From the NCBI GenBank assembly GCA_965217185.1, contig OZ244252.1:2208001-2272000 (forward strand): a DNA stretch of 64,000 nucleotides, given 5' to 3'. The position numbers and the translations under genes were made by a program. The notes beneath the pieces were generated by a model. The model saw only the letters and a program-made list of their open reading frames with translations, was not told the origin of the DNA and ran no database searches. This document shows positions 18,036 to 30,240 of this stretch, piece by piece (position 1 is the stretch's first letter; every line of letters starts with the position of its first letter). This stretch comes from an uncultured Candidatus Entotheonella sp. GTDB taxonomy: Bacteria > Tectomicrobia > Entotheonellia > Entotheonellales > Entotheonellaceae.

Positions 18036-21000
18036 ATGACCAAACCCGGCATTCCTCCCAAGCAAGGGCTTTACGACCCGCGTTACGAGCATGACGCTTG
18101 CGGCATCGGTTTTGTGGTCAACGTGAAAGGCAGAAAATCCCACGAAATCGTCGAGCAGGCACTCACGGTGCTCGAGAATCTTGACCATCGCGGCGCCTGT
18201 GGATGCGAGCCCAACACGGGGGACGGCGCCGGGATTTTGTTGCAAGTGCCGCACGCGTTCCTCCAGGACGCTTGTGCCGATATCGGCGTGGCGCTGCCGG
18301 CGCCGGGGCAGTACGGCATCGGCATGATCTTCCTGCCGCCCGACGCGCAGCAGCAACGGCAGTGCATGGCGCAATTGGAAAGCATTGTGGAGCGGGAAGG
18401 CCAGACGGTATTGGGCTGGCGCGACGTGCCCACCGTCAACGCCGACCTCGGCGCCACCGCCCTGTCGTGTGAACCGGCTATCAAACAGATATTCATTGGC
18501 CGGCACGCAAGCCTCTCGGACGATCTCGCCTTCGAACGCAAGCTGTACGTTATCCGCCGCAGCGCGGAGAATGCCATCCGCTACGGCAACATGCCGGGCG
18601 GTGATTTCTTCTATGTCGCCAGCCTTTCATATAAGACCTTCATCTACAAGGGCATGCTGACACCGCGGCAGGTCACGACCTACTTTCCCGATCTGTCCGA
18701 CCCGCGCGTCGAAACCGCCCTGGCGGTGGTCCACTCCCGCTTCAGCACCAACACGTTTCCAAGCTGGGAGCGCTCGCAGCCCTTTCGGTATCTGATTCAC
18801 AACGGCGAAATCAACACCCTGCGGGGCAACGAAAACTGGATGCACGCGCGCCAAGCCATGCTCGCTTCGGAGTTGTTCGGCGACGACCTGCCCAAGCTCT
18901 TCCCGGTTCTGCAGGGAGACGGCAGCGACTCCGCCATCTTCGACAATTGTCTGGAGTTTCTGGCTTTGGGCGGCCGGCCGCTGTCGCAGTCCATGATGAT
19001 GATGATCCCGGAACCGTGGGAAAACCACGAAAGCATGTCGGACGAAAAGAAGGCGTTTTACGAATACCACAGCAGCCTGATGGAGCCGTGGGACGGACCT
19101 GCCTCGATTGCCTTCACCGACGGGGTGCGGGTCGGCGCCGTACTCGACCGCAATGGCCTGCGGCCGTCGCGCTATTACGTCACCAAGGACGATCTGGTCA
19201 TCATGGCCTCCGAGGTTGGCGTCCTCGAGGTGGAGCCGGAGCGCGTCTTGCTGAAGCAGCGGCTGCAGCCGGGGCGCATGTTCCTGGTGGACACCGAACA
19301 GGGACGCATCATCAGCGACGAGGAAATCAAGCACACCGCCGCCATGGAACACCCGTACCGCCAGTGGCTGGACGACCATCTGGTGCGCTTCGACAAGCTG
19401 CCCGACGTGCCCGAGGAACCGCCCGTGCACGACCACGCGGCGACGCTGCAGCGGCAGCAGGCGTTTGGCTACAGCTTTGAGGACTTGCGCATCAATATCG
19501 GCCCCATGGCGGTGAACCAGATTCAGCCGGTGGGCTCGATGGGCACGGATACGCCGTTGGCCGTGCTGTCCGACAAGCCCCAACTCCTCTACAACTACTT
19601 TAAGCAACTCTTCGCGCAGGTCACCAACCCGCCGCTCGACCCCATCCGCGAAGAGTTGATCACCGCCACGACGCTGACCCTCGGTCCGGAGCGCAACTTG
19701 CTGCGCCCGGAGCCGGAAAACTGCCGGCAGATTCGCCTCAAGCTCCCCATCCTGACGAATGGCGAGATGGAGAAACTGCGCCGCTGCGGTGACATCGGAT
19801 TTCCCGCCGCTACCCTGCCCATCGTCTTCGAGGCAGCGGATGGTAAGGCTGGTCTGGAAGCGGCGTTGCAGGTTCTGTACCAAGCAGCGGACCAAGCCAT
19901 CGCCGACGGCGCCACGATGCTGATTCTCTCCGACAAGAACGTGGACCGCGAACACGCGCCGATCCCGGCGTTGCTGGCGTCGGCGGGTCTGCATCACCAC
20001 CTGATCCGCGAGGGCACACGGCGGCGCGTCGGACTGGTGCTCGAATCTGGTGAGCCGCGTGAGGTGCATCATTTCTGCCTGCTGCTCGGCTACGGCGTGC
20101 AGGCCATCAATCCGTACATGGCCTATGAATCCCTCAGCGACATGATCAGCGAGGGCATGCTCAAGGACATCACGTACGAAAAGGCGATCAGCGGCTACAT
20201 CAAGGGCGCCGTCAAGGGCGTCGTCAAGGTGATGTCCAAGATGGGCATTTCGACGATCCAGTCCTACTGCGGCGCGCAGATTTTCGAGGCGGTGGGCCTC
20301 AGCCAGGAACTCGTCGACGGGTATTTCACCTGGACGGCCTCGCGCGTCGGCGGCATCGGCCTGGAGCAAATCGCGCTTGAGGCGCAGCGGCAGCACGCCA
20401 GGGCCTTTCCGGCCATCCCGGTCAACGGTCACACGCTGGACGTGCACGGCCAATACCAGTACCGCAAGGACGGCGAGTTGCACCTGTTCAATCCCAGGAC
20501 CATCCACCTGTTACAGAAGGCCTGCCGTAACGAGGATTACGAGGTGTTCAAGTCCTATTCGGCACTGATCGATGATCAGTCCGAGCGGCTCGCCACCCTG
20601 CGCGGCCTGATGGAATTGAAGTTTGCCGCCGAGCCGGTCCCGTTGGATGAGGTCGAGCCGGCGGAAGAAATCGCCAAGCGCTTCAAGACGGGCGCCATGT
20701 CGTACGGCTCGATCAGCAAGGAAGCTCACGAGGCGCTGGCCATTGCCATGAATCGCATCGGCGGCAAGAGCAACACCGGCGAGGGCGGCGAGGACCCGGC
20801 GCGCTACGTGCCGGACCCGTCCGGCGATTCCCGTAACAGCGCCATCAAGCAAGTCGCCTCGGGGCGCTTTGGGGTGACCAGCTACTACCTGACGCAGGCC
20901 AAGGAACTGCAGATCAAGATGGCGCAGGGCGCCAAGCCCGGCGAGGGCGGCGAGTTGCCCGGACGCAAGGTCTATCCGTGGATCGCCAAGGTGCGGCTGT

Positions 21001-22637
21001 CGACGCCCGGCGTGGGTCTGATTTCGCCGCCGCCGCACCACGACATTTATTCGATCGAGGACCTGGCGCAACTGATCCACGACCTGAAGAACGCCAACCA
21101 CCACGCGCGCATCAGCGTCAAGCTGGTATCCGAGGTGGGGGTTGGCACCATCGCCGCCGGGGTTGCCAAAGGGCACGCCGACGTGGTGCTGATCAGCGGT
21201 CACGACGGCGGCACCGGCGCCTCGCCGCAGACCAGTATCAAGCATGCTGGGCTGCCGTGGGAACTTGGGCTCGCCGAGACGCACCAGACGCTGGTGCTGA
21301 ACGACTTGCGCAGCCGTATCGCGGTCGAAACGGACGGGCAGTTGAAAACCGGGCGCGACGTGGTGGTCGCCGCTCTACTCGGCGCGGAAGAGTTCGGCTT
21401 CGCCACCACGGCGCTGGTTTCCCTCGGTTGCATCATGATGCGGGTGTGCCATCTCGATACCTGCCCGGTGGGCGTCGCCACGCAGAACCCGGCGCTGCGC
21501 GAGAAATTTACCGGCGACCCGTCGCACGCCGTCAATTTCATGCGCTTTGTCGCCCAGGAAATGCGTGAGTTGATGGCCAAGCTCGGCTTTCGCACCGTCA
21601 ACGAGATGATCGGGCGTACGGACAAGATCGAAATGCGGCGCGCCTTGGAGCACTGGAAGGCAAGGGGGCTGGACTACTCCAGCATCTTGCATCAGCCGGA
21701 AGTGGGACCGGAGGTGGGCCGCTACTGCCAAATCCCTCAAGACCACGGCCTGGACCACTGCCTCGACAACCAAGTCCTCCTGGACTTGGCCAAGCCTGCT
21801 TTGGAACGCCGCGAAGCGGTCAAGAAAACCCTCCCCATCCACAACACGAACCGGGTCACCGGCACCATTCTCGGTAGCGAAGTAACCCGCCGTTATGGCC
21901 CGGAGGGGCTGCCCGAGGACACCATCCATTTGCATTTCCAGGGCTCGGCCGGTCAGAGTTTCGGCGCCTTCGTGCCGCCGGGCATGACCTTGGAACTCGA
22001 GGGCGACGCCAACGACTACTTCGGCAAGGGCCTGTCCGGCGGCAAGCTCATCCTCTATCCGCCCAAGGGCTCCACCTTTACGGCCGAGGACAGCATCATC
22101 GTCGGCAACGTGGCGTTCTACGGGGCGACTGGCGGTGAGGTGTACATCCGCGGCATGGCGGGCGAGCGCTTCTGCGTGCGCAACAGCGGCGTGCGCGCCG
22201 TCGTCGAAGCGGTCGGCGACCACGGCTGCGAATACATGACGGGCGGGCGGGTCGTCGTGCTTGGCTCCACGGGGCGCAACTTCGGCGCCGGCATGTCGGG
22301 CGGCGTCGCCTACGTGCTCGATGAGGCCGGCGACTTCGAGTCCCGCTGCAACTCGGAAACCGTCGCCCTCGAAAGTCTTGACGATGCTGACGAACGTGCC
22401 GAGGTCGAGGCGATGATCCGCCGCCACGCCGAGTACACCAAGAGCGAGCGCGCCTGGAAAATTCTGGCCTCCTGGGAAGACTACGCGCCGAAGTTCGTCA
22501 GGGTCATGCCGAAGGATTACCAGCGCATGCTCGACGCCGTTCGCCGTGCTGAGGCGGAGGGCCTCAGCGGCGAAGCGGCCGTCATGGAAGCGTTTGAAGC
22601 AAATAAAAACGACTTGGCTCGCGTCAGCGGAAATTAA
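18036..22637 (+). CDS. gltB: Glutamate synthase large subunit
   Basis: [33 protein letters not shown], GltB C-terminal beta-helix. Confidence 0.98.
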   Translation: MTKPGIPPKQGLYDPRYEHDACGIGFVVNVKGRKSHEIVEQALTVLENLDHRGACGCEPNTGDGAGILLQVPHAFLQDACADIGVALPAPGQYGIGMIFLPPDAQQQRQCMAQLESIVEREGQTVLGWRDVPTVNADLGATALSCEPAIKQIFIGRHASLSDDLAFERKLYVIRRSAENAIRYGNMPGGDFFYVASLSYKTFIYKGMLTPRQVTTYFPDLSDPRVETALAVVHSRFSTNTFPSWERSQPFRYLIHNGEINTLRGNENWMHARQAMLASELFGDDLPKLFPVLQGDGSDSAIFDNCLEFLALGGRPLSQSMMMMIPEPWENHESMSDEKKAFYEYHSSLMEPWDGPASIAFTDGVRVGAVLDRNGLRPSRYYVTKDDLVIMASEVGVLEVEPERVLLKQRLQPGRMFLVDTEQGRIISDEEIKHTAAMEHPYRQWLDDHLVRFDKLPDVPEEPPVHDHAATLQRQQAFGYSFEDLRINIGPMAVNQIQPVGSMGTDTPLAVLSDKPQLLYNYFKQLFAQVTNPPLDPIREELITATTLTLGPERNLLRPEPENCRQIRLKLPILTNGEMEKLRRCGDIGFPAATLPIVFEAADGKAGLEAALQVLYQAADQAIADGATMLILSDKNVDREHAPIPALLASAGLHHHLIREGTRRRVGLVLESGEPREVHHFCLLLGYGVQAINPYMAYESLSDMISEGMLKDITYEKAISGYIKGAVKGVVKVMSKMGISTIQSYCGAQIFEAVGLSQELVDGYFTWTASRVGGIGLEQIALEAQRQHARAFPAIPVNGHTLDVHGQYQYRKDGELHLFNPRTIHLLQKACRNEDYEVFKSYSALIDDQSERLATLRGLMELKFAAEPVPLDEVEPAEEIAKRFKTGAMSYGSISKEAHEALAIAMNRIGGKSNTGEGGEDPARYVPDPSGDSRNSAIKQVASGRFGVTSYYLTQAKELQIKMAQGAKPGEGGELPGRKVYPWIAKVRLSTPGVGLISPPPHHDIYSIEDLAQLIHDLKNANHHARISVKLVSEVGVGTIAAGVAKGHADVVLISGHDGGTGASPQTSIKHAGLPWELGLAETHQTLVLNDLRSRIAVETDGQLKTGRDVVVAALLGAEEFGFATTALVSLGCIMMRVCHLDTCPVGVATQNPALREKFTGDPSHAVNFMRFVAQEMRELMAKLGFRTVNEMIGRTDKIEMRRALEHWKARGLDYSSILHQPEVGPEVGRYCQIPQDHGLDHCLDNQVLLDLAKPALERREAVKKTLPIHNTNRVTGTILGSEVTRRYGPEGLPEDTIHLHFQGSAGQSFGAFVPPGMTLELEGDANDYFGKGLSGGKLILYPPKGSTFTAEDSIIVGNVAFYGATGGEVYIRGMAGERFCVRNSGVRAVVEAVGDHGCEYMTGGRVVVLGSTGRNFGAGMSGGVAYVLDEAGDFESRCNSETVALESLDDADERAEVEAMIRRHAEYTKSERAWKILASWEDYAPKFVRVMPKDYQRMLDAVRRAEAEGLSGEAAVMEAFEANKNDLARVSGN

Positions 22638-22669
22638 GTGCAGGGCAGTGGATTGCTGAAGGAGACGTA

Positions 22670-24154
22670 GTGGGTAAGCCGACCGGATTCATGGAATATC
22701 AACGCGAATTGCCTGTGGATCGTTCCCCGCGCGAACGGGTCAAGGATTGGCAGGAATTCCACGAACACTTCCCGATCGGGAAGCTGGAGGATCAGGCCAG
22801 CCGCTGCATGGATTGCGGCATTCCCTTCTGCCACACCGGTGCCTTGATCAGCGGCATGGCGTCGGGTTGTCCGATCAATAACCTCATCCCGGAGTGGAAC
22901 GACCTGGTTTACCGCGGCCTGTGGCGGGAGGCCCTGGAACGCCTCCACAAGACCAACAATTTCCCTGAATTTACGGGCCGCGTCTGCCCGGCGCCCTGCG
23001 AGGGGTCCTGCGTGCTGGGGATTACCGATCCGCCGGTGACGATCAAAAACATTGAGTGCCAGATTATCGACAAGGGCTTTGAAGAAGGCTGGGTGACGCC
23101 GCAGCCGCCCGGGAAACGCACCGGCAAGCGGGTCGCGGTGATCGGCTCGGGGCCCTCGGGGCTGTCGTGCGCCGCGCAATTGAACCGCGCCGGGCACCTG
23201 GTCACCGTGTACGAGCGCGCCGACCGCATCGGCGGGCTCTTGATGTACGGTATCCCGAACATGAAGCTCGACAAGAGCATCGTGCAGCGTCGTGTCGACC
23301 TGCTGGCTCAGGAGGGCATCACGTTTGTCACCAATACCGCCGTTGGCGTTGATATCCCGGCGATGGCCATCCTCCAGGATTCGGACGCGATGGTGCTGTG
23401 TTGTGGCGCGACAAAACCGCGTGACCTGCCGATTCCGGGCCGCGACCTGAAGGGCATCCACTTCGCCATGGAGTTCCTGCACGCCAACACCAAGAGCCTG
23501 CTCGATTCCGACCACGCCGATCAGAACTATATCTCGGCCCGCGACAAGCACATCATCGTCATCGGCGGCGGCGATACCGGCACGGACTGTGTGGGTACTT
23601 CAATGCGGCACCAGTGCATGAGTCTGGAGCAGTTCGAGATCCTGTCGCGCCCGCCGGACGAGCGCCCGTCGAACAACCCGTGGCCGGAATGGCCGCGCAT
23701 TTACCGGGTGGATTACGGGCAGGAAGAGGGCGCGGCGCGCTTCGGCAATGACCCGCGCACGTTCGACATCATGACGGAGGAATTCGTCGGCGATGCGGAC
23801 GGCAACGTCAAGGAGTTGCACACCGCGCAGGTCACCTGGGGCACCGATGCCAACGGTCGCTTCGGTCCGCAGAAGGTTCCCGGCACCGAGAAAGTCTGGC
23901 CGGCCGATCTCGTGCTGTTGGCCCTGGGCTTTCTGGGCCCGGAGGATAAGATCGTCGAGGAACTCGAACTCGAACGCGACGGCCGCTCGAACGTCAAGGC
24001 CGAATACGGCAGATATGCCACCAGCGTCGAGGGTGTATTCAGCGCCGGCGACATGCGCCGCGGGCAGAGCCTGGTGGTATGGGCGTTCAACGAAGGGCGT
24101 GGCGCCGCCAGAGCGTGCGACGAATATCTGATGAAGACGACGAACTTGCCGTAA
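22670..24154 (+). CDS. gltD: Glutamate synthase small subunit
   Basis: [42 protein letters not shown]. Confidence 0.98.
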   Translation: MGKPTGFMEYQRELPVDRSPRERVKDWQEFHEHFPIGKLEDQASRCMDCGIPFCHTGALISGMASGCPINNLIPEWNDLVYRGLWREALERLHKTNNFPEFTGRVCPAPCEGSCVLGITDPPVTIKNIECQIIDKGFEEGWVTPQPPGKRTGKRVAVIGSGPSGLSCAAQLNRAGHLVTVYERADRIGGLLMYGIPNMKLDKSIVQRRVDLLAQEGITFVTNTAVGVDIPAMAILQDSDAMVLCCGATKPRDLPIPGRDLKGIHFAMEFLHANTKSLLDSDHADQNYISARDKHIIVIGGGDTGTDCVGTSMRHQCMSLEQFEILSRPPDERPSNNPWPEWPRIYRVDYGQEEGAARFGNDPRTFDIMTEEFVGDADGNVKELHTAQVTWGTDANGRFGPQKVPGTEKVWPADLVLLALGFLGPEDKIVEELELERDGRSNVKAEYGRYATSVEGVFSAGDMRRGQSLVVWAFNEGRGAARACDEYLMKTTNLP

Positions 24155-24185
24155 GTGCAAAACCGCTTGCCAAGGAAGGGGAACG

Positions 24186-25280
24186 ATGCGCAGGGCCAAG
24201 ATTCTAGCCACAGGCATGTATGTGCCGGACGACGTGGTAACCAACGACCTCCTCGCTCAGGTCATGGACACCAGCGATGAATGGATCACCCAGCGCAGCG
24301 GCATCAAGGAGCGCCGGGTAATCCCCGATACGTACCGGATGCTGACGCAATTGGCCGCCGCTCCTGACAAGGAGGCGTATCTGCAAACCCTCTACGACAC
24401 CGGCATCGACGGCAGAATCGGCGCCCAAATGTCCACTGCGGACCTGGCCTTCAACGCTACCCAGGTCGCCCTGCGGCAGGCCAACATGAAGCCCCAGGAC
24501 CTCGACCTGATCATCCAGACCAGTGTGATGTCGGATTACGTCTTCCCCGGCAGTGCCTGCGTGCTGGCTGACAAGCTGGGCCTCACCTCGACGCCGACGT
24601 TCAGCCTCAATCAGGGCTGCGCCGGATTTGTCTATGCGCTGTCCATGGCGGACCAATACGTCAAGACCGGCATGTATGACACGGTGCTCGTGCTGGGCGC
24701 CGAGGTCCTGTCGTCGCTCTTCGAGTACAGCGACCGCGGCCGCGACATGTCGGTGCTGTTTGCCGACGGTGCCGGGGCGGCAATCGTGGTGCCGGCCGAG
24801 GACGACGAGCCCAGCGGCCTGCTGTCGCACCATCTGCACACCGACGGCACACTGCTCGACAAGCTGTATGCCGACACCTTCGGCAGTTCGACGTTCCCGC
24901 CCGCGGCCAAGGCCCGCATTGATACCGACCGCGCCCGACCGCGCATGGCGGGGCGGGTTGTATTCGCGCAGGCCGTGCGGCGTTTCCGGGAGGTCATTCG
25001 CGAATGCCTGGAAGCCAACAAGATGCAGCTCGATGAGGTTGATCATTTCCTGTTTCACCAGGCCAACCAGCGCATCATCGACGCCATCGCCGATAGCCTC
25101 GGCATTCCCTCCGAAAAGGCCTATACCAACATCCGCAAGTATGGCAACACCTCCGCTGCTTCCGTGCCGATTCTGCTCCACGAAACCCTGCAGGAGGGCC
25201 GTATCCAACGCGGTGACTTGTGCCTGCTGGCCGCCTTTGGAACCGGTTTCAACTGGGGGGCGTCGCTCCTCCATTGGTAG
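24186..25280 (+). CDS. fabH: 3-oxoacyl-ACP synthase III family protein with an N-terminal insertion
   Basis: DTSDEWI.QRSGI.ERR, GCAGF, FHQAN, YGNTSAAS (Cys-His-Asn triad). Confidence 0.85.
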   Translation: MRRAKILATGMYVPDDVVTNDLLAQVMDTSDEWITQRSGIKERRVIPDTYRMLTQLAAAPDKEAYLQTLYDTGIDGRIGAQMSTADLAFNATQVALRQANMKPQDLDLIIQTSVMSDYVFPGSACVLADKLGLTSTPTFSLNQGCAGFVYALSMADQYVKTGMYDTVLVLGAEVLSSLFEYSDRGRDMSVLFADGAGAAIVVPAEDDEPSGLLSHHLHTDGTLLDKLYADTFGSSTFPPAAKARIDTDRARPRMAGRVVFAQAVRRFREVIRECLEANKMQLDEVDHFLFHQANQRIIDAIADSLGIPSEKAYTNIRKYGNTSAASVPILLHETLQEGRIQRGDLCLLAAFGTGFNWGASLLHW

Positions 25281-25375
25281 AAATGCAGCAATTCGGGATG
25301 CGTAGATCGCGCCGACGGGTTATTCTCCGCATGCATCGCTGTTATTCGTGACTGCGTTCAGGGAGGACCCCACCG

Positions 25376-27748
25376 ATGCCGGCTGAGCACCCCACATACC
25401 CTGTTTTGCCCCTCAAAAGCACCGTCCTATTTCCTCACATCCTGCTGCCCGTTGCGGTCGGGCGACCCATGTCGGTGGCCGCTGCCGAAGCCACCCTGGC
25501 CTCGGAAGACAAGCGTCTAGTTGCCGCCGTGCAACGTGACCCGCAGACCCAGGCGCCTGGACTCGCGGACCTGTACCCCACGGCGACCCTGGCGGTGGTC
25601 AAGCGCGTCATCCAGCGTCACGAAAACGTTCTGCAACTCGTTCTGCAAGGCGTCGAGCGTGTCGAACTGCTTCACGACGTCGAATCCAGCGACTACATGC
25701 GCGTCGCCGTGCGTCCGCTGACCGAGCCCGAGGACAACTCCACCGAAGTCACCGCCCTGTTTCGCAACATCCAGGACTTGGTGCGGCAGGCGGTCCAGTA
25801 CCTGGATACGATTCCCGAGGATATGGCGAATTTGCTCATCAATACGGTGGAACCCGTCAAGCTGGCTTACCTGATCGCTACCGTGCTCAACATCGACACC
25901 CAGCAGGAAATCGAGTTGTTGACGACGGACAACCTGCGTTCCCTTCTGGAGCAGATCGCGGAACACCTGTCGCGCGAGGTGCAAATCCTCAGCCTGCGCC
26001 GCAAGATCGCCGGCGAGACGCAAGTGGAACTCGACAAGGCACAGCGGGAGTACGTGTTGCGGCAGCAACTCAGGCAGATCAAGAAGGAACTCGGTGAAGA
26101 CGAAGACCAGGACGACGTGGACGTGCTGCGTGAACGCCTGGCGGAAACGGAACTGCCGGACGAGGTGCGCAAGGAGCTTGAGCGTGAGGTATCGCGGTTG
26201 CAGCGGCTGTCGCCGATGGCGCCGGACCATCAGCTGCTGCGCAGTTATCTCGAGTTTGCTCTGGAGTTGCCATGGACTGCGGCAACGGTTGACCAACTCG
26301 ACCTGAAACGGGCGCAGGACATTTTGAACGAGGACCACTTCGGGCTGGATGACATCAAGGATCGCATCATCGAACACCTGGCCGTGATGCAGCTCAAGCC
26401 GGAATCTCCGAGCCCGATTCTGTGCTTCGTAGGGCCGCCGGGTGTCGGCAAGACCAGCCTGGGGCACTCCATCGCGCGGGCGCTGGAGCGGCGTTTCGAG
26501 CGGTTCTCCCTCGGCGGCGTGCACGATGAAGCCGAGTTGCGGGGGCACCGCCGCACCTACATCGGCTCGCTGCCCGGCCGCATCCTGCAGGCTATCCGGC
26601 GCTCGGAAGTGCGCAACCCAGTCCTGATGCTCGACGAGGTCGACAAGCTCGGACGGGATTTTCGCGGTGACCCGGCTGCTGCCTTGCTGGAGATTCTCGA
26701 CCCCGCCCAGAACCACACGTTCCGAGATCACTACCTCGACCTGCCGTTTGATCTGTCGAAGGTGTTTTTCATCTGCACGGCAAATACCCTCGAAACGATT
26801 CCTGCGCCGCTTATCGACCGCCTGGAAATCTTGACGCTGGCGGGCTACAGCGCCGAGGAAAAACTGGAAATCGCCTGGCGTTACCTCTTGCCTCGGCAAG
26901 TGGAACGAAACGGCCTGACGGCTAAGCAATTGCCGCTGAGCGCGGCGGCCCTGCGAACCATCATCGACCACTACACGCACGAGGCCGGGGTGCGCCAACT
27001 CGAGCGCATGGTCGGCCAAGTGGCGCGCAAAATCGCCCGCCAAGTAGCCATGCAGGAGACGCTGCGCGAAAGCCTGGAGGCGGACGATCTGGACGACCTG
27101 TTGGGGCCGGAGACGCACCTGCTGGAGGAAGCCCGCCAGAACCTGGCGCCCGGCGTCGCCGCCGGCTTGGCGGTTACCCCGGCAGGGGGAGACGTGTTGT
27201 ACATCGAGGCGCAGTTGCTCCCAGGGGGTAAGGGGCTGACGCTGACCGGGCAGCTCGGCGAGGTGATGCGCGAATCGGCAGAGATCGCCCGCGATCTTCT
27301 CTGGTCCGCCGCCGGACGCCTGGACATTCAGGCCAAAAACTTTGAGACCAACGGCATGCACGTGCACGTGCCCGCCGGCGCCATCCCCAAGGACGGCCCT
27401 TCGGCGGGTATCGCCGTGGCCGCCGCCTTGACCTCGCTGCTGACCCATACACCTGTGCGCTCGGATACCGCCATGACCGGTGAGATCACCCTGGCCGGGC
27501 TGGTACTGCCCGTCGGCGGGGTAAAGGAAAAGGTCCTGGCGGCGCGCCGTGCCGGTTTTCGGCGGGTCATCCTGCCCAAAGCCAATGCCAAGGACCTGCG
27601 CAAACTTCCCGATGCAGTACGTGACGAAATGGAATTTCTTCTGGCCGAGCAGTTCGACGACGTCATTCGCAACGCCATCCCCGACCTGGAACTGGCCGAC
27701 CTTTCCAAGGACCTGCCGGCATGGATGTCGGAACAAGCAGGCGGATGA
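25376..27748 (+). CDS. lon: ATP-dependent protease La
   Basis: GPPGVGKTS, LDEVDK, PKDGPSAG, GGVKEK. Confidence 0.97.
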   Translation: MPAEHPTYPVLPLKSTVLFPHILLPVAVGRPMSVAAAEATLASEDKRLVAAVQRDPQTQAPGLADLYPTATLAVVKRVIQRHENVLQLVLQGVERVELLHDVESSDYMRVAVRPLTEPEDNSTEVTALFRNIQDLVRQAVQYLDTIPEDMANLLINTVEPVKLAYLIATVLNIDTQQEIELLTTDNLRSLLEQIAEHLSREVQILSLRRKIAGETQVELDKAQREYVLRQQLRQIKKELGEDEDQDDVDVLRERLAETELPDEVRKELEREVSRLQRLSPMAPDHQLLRSYLEFALELPWTAATVDQLDLKRAQDILNEDHFGLDDIKDRIIEHLAVMQLKPESPSPILCFVGPPGVGKTSLGHSIARALERRFERFSLGGVHDEAELRGHRRTYIGSLPGRILQAIRRSEVRNPVLMLDEVDKLGRDFRGDPAAALLEILDPAQNHTFRDHYLDLPFDLSKVFFICTANTLETIPAPLIDRLEILTLAGYSAEEKLEIAWRYLLPRQVERNGLTAKQLPLSAAALRTIIDHYTHEAGVRQLERMVGQVARKIARQVAMQETLRESLEADDLDDLLGPETHLLEEARQNLAPGVAAGLAVTPAGGDVLYIEAQLLPGGKGLTLTGQLGEVMRESAEIARDLLWSAAGRLDIQAKNFETNGMHVHVPAGAIPKDGPSAGIAVAAALTSLLTHTPVRSDTAMTGEITLAGLVLPVGGVKEKVLAARRAGFRRVILPKANAKDLRKLPDAVRDEMEFLLAEQFDDVIRNAIPDLELADLSKDLPAWMSEQAGG

Positions 27749-27749
27749 C

Positions 27750-28079
27750 GAGCATCTGATCAGACCCGTCGATTTCCTAGTGGACACCGGGGCCCTTCTC
27801 CTTTGCGTTCCGGAACATGTTGCGGTTCAACTCGGGCTGGCGGAGTTGGAGAAGCGCGAAGTGACGACTGCCGATGGGACAACGCATTTGGCACCCTACG
27901 TATGGCCTGTCCTGATGAAGCTCGAAAACCGACAATGTCTGACCGGCTCACTGATGCTCGGCGATGAAGTGCTCTTGGGCACGGTTCCGATGGAGAATAT
28001 GGACGTACTGGTGTCTACGGCGACGCGGACGCTTATCATGAAACCCGAGAGTCCCAATTTTGCCAAGGCTATCGTGAAG
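27750..28079 (+). pseudogene. Clan AA aspartic protease (AF_0612-like) remnant
   Basis: FLVDTGA...QLGL...TADG...VLLGTVPMENMD. No usable start/RBS after the lon stop; reads past the expected end. Confidence 0.65.
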
Positions 28080-28185
28080 GCCGTGGCCCGCAGGTTTCTC
28101 TGCTATTGGCGGCAAACCAGTAGGGGCACATGGGCACGTGGTTTGGGGGACTTCTGAACAAGCTGGCGATATAAGGGAACTCCCT

Positions 28186-29500
28186 GTGAAACTGGATCTC
28201 GTGACGATTGAGAACTACCGGGCTATCGACTATCTGGCTCTGCCGCTTGATCCTTCCCTGACTGTTCTTCACGGCGACAACGCGCATGGCAAGACCAGCG
28301 TTCTCAGCGCGATCGCCGTGGGGCTCGGCAATATCCCAACGCTATTACCCGAGGTCTCCGGCATCAGGTTCCTTAAGACCGACCGGCGCGGCTTCTTGCC
28401 TCCACGGGTCGCATTGTGGGCCACAAACGGAATCGCGTGGGAGACACGAACGAATGCACCGGAAGCTGCCAGCGACCAGCCGACCTTGTTCAGCGAGAAC
28501 CCACAACCGGAGATAATCGACCGACGGGCATTGAAGCGCGCAATGGACGCCATCGTCAGCGCCGACCGAGAGGGTGCTGAACCGCTCACGCTTCCCATCG
28601 TTGCCTTTTATGACGCCAACCGAGCCGTGTTCGACTCGCCACAACGGCGCAGCGGTTTCAAGAGCGAGTTCTCGCGCTACGCTGGCCTGGAAGGCGCGCT
28701 GTCCGTCCGGACCAACTTCAGGGAGTTCTTCGAGTGGTTTTACGCCCAGGAGAACGAGGAGTTGCGGGAACAGAAGGCGCGGCGGGACTTCGACTTCCGG
28801 CTGAAGGATCTGAGTGCCGTGCGCACCGCACTCGCAGGTATGGTGCAAGGTGTATCCGACCCCCGTATCCAGACCAGCCCCCTCCGATTCGTCGTTTCCG
28901 TCGAGTCGGACGGGAAGACGGCAACGCTGGCGCTGGATCAACTGAGCGGCGGCGTTCGCATCATGCTGGCGCTTGCCGGCCGATCTCGCACGGCGAATGG
29001 CGCAGGGCAACTCGCACCTCGACAATCCCCTTGAGTCGGAAGCCATCGTCTTGATCGACGAGGTGGAGTTACATCTGCACCCGGCCTGGCAGCAGCGGGT
29101 GCTAGCAGACCTCACGCGCACATTCCCAAACGCCCAATTCATCGTGTCTGCTCACAGCCCACAGGTGTTGACCACGATAAAGCCAGAGCAAATCGTGGAA
29201 CTTCGCCTGGAATCGGGCGGCGTCGTTGCCGAGCAGACATCCGCAGCGACCTATGGTGCTGAAGCCGGCGACGTGCTCACTACGGTGATGGATGTGAAAG
29301 AGCGGCCAGACGGCAATGAGTTCGTGGGCGCCCTGGAAGGCTATATGGCCCTTGTCGGTGATGGCAGCGGCGAGTCCGAAGAGGCCGTGTCTCTTAGACA
29401 CCTGCTCGAAAGCCTCTCGCCGCACGACCCTGCGCTTGACAGAGCCGATATCGAGATCCGGCGACGGAAGCTGCTGAAAGGTATGGGCAAATTGCATTGA
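28186..29500 (+). pseudogene. ABC/AAA ATPase, PtuA-like, split by a +1 frameshift near 28978
   Basis: IENYRAI, GDNAHGKTS, LSGG, LIDEVELHLHP.WQ, FIVSAHSP. Removing one G in GCC-GGC-CGA restores LALAADLARRMAQGN. Confidence 0.82.
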
Positions 29501-30240
29501 AGCGAATTCGAACCTTGGAGGGACCCACCCCCGGTCCCGCCCGCTATCTCGCTCACGCGGGAGCGGAGGCAACTTGGGAGAGGTTTCGCCGAAATCAGGA
29601 TCATCGCCATGAGCTTGCCGAGGCGCTAGCGTACCTTCAGCGCCGGCTTTGCGGGTATTGCGAGATCAACCTCAGGGAAGGCGACCGACAGATCGAACAC
29701 GTCATTCCGCGGAGTGACCCAAAGCACGGTGTGGCGCGTGCCCTTGATCCTGCCAACCTGATCGTCTGCTGTCTCGGCGGGACGAGGAAGGCCGACGACG
29801 AACACTCCTTGCCAACCACGCCGGCTAGTGTCAGTTGCGGACAAGATAAAACCAATTCCGCAAACCCGGACTTTATCGACCCCAGAACGTTACCAGCGTT
29901 ACCGGCGCTGACACGGGTACGTTATGACGGTCGCATTGAGGCCGACCAGGATGTCTGCGAAAGAGTCGGCTTTTCCGCCAAAGCGATAAACAAGACCATC
30001 AACACCCTCGGGCTGAACGTCGAACGCTTACGGATTGCGCGGGAAAAACGCTGGCGTCGCCTTGTCGACGCGTGGCAAGAGCACCACAGCGACCCTGCGG
30101 TAATGGAGGCCGCTGCGCGCAGTGAATTGCTGTCTTCTTCGGATGAGGGTAGCTTGCCTCGGTTCTTCACCGCTAGCCGCTCGTATTTCGCCGAGCTGGG
30201 CGAGCGCATCCTGGCAGAGAATCCCGCAGCGTGGGTGTGA
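29497..30240 (+). CDS. Putative HNH endonuclease (PtuB/TIGR02646-like)
   Basis: LCGYCE...IEHVIPRS...LDPANL..CC...SCG..K; overlaps the ATPase stop by 4 nt. Confidence 0.82.
   Translation: MKRIRTLEGPTPGPARYLAHAGAEATWERFRRNQDHRHELAEALAYLQRRLCGYCEINLREGDRQIEHVIPRSDPKHGVARALDPANLIVCCLGGTRKADDEHSLPTTPASVSCGQDKTNSANPDFIDPRTLPALPALTRVRYDGRIEADQDVCERVGFSAKAINKTINTLGLNVERLRIAREKRWRRLVDAWQEHHSDPAVMEAAARSELLSSSDEGSLPRFFTASRSYFAELGERILAENPAAWV

Noticed and set aside
18627..27787. Long antisense ORFs (e.g. 18627-20507, 25517-27787; also 33399-34838, 50397-51983)
   Set aside because: Shadow frames of well-recognised genes caused by high-GC codon bias; no motifs of their own.
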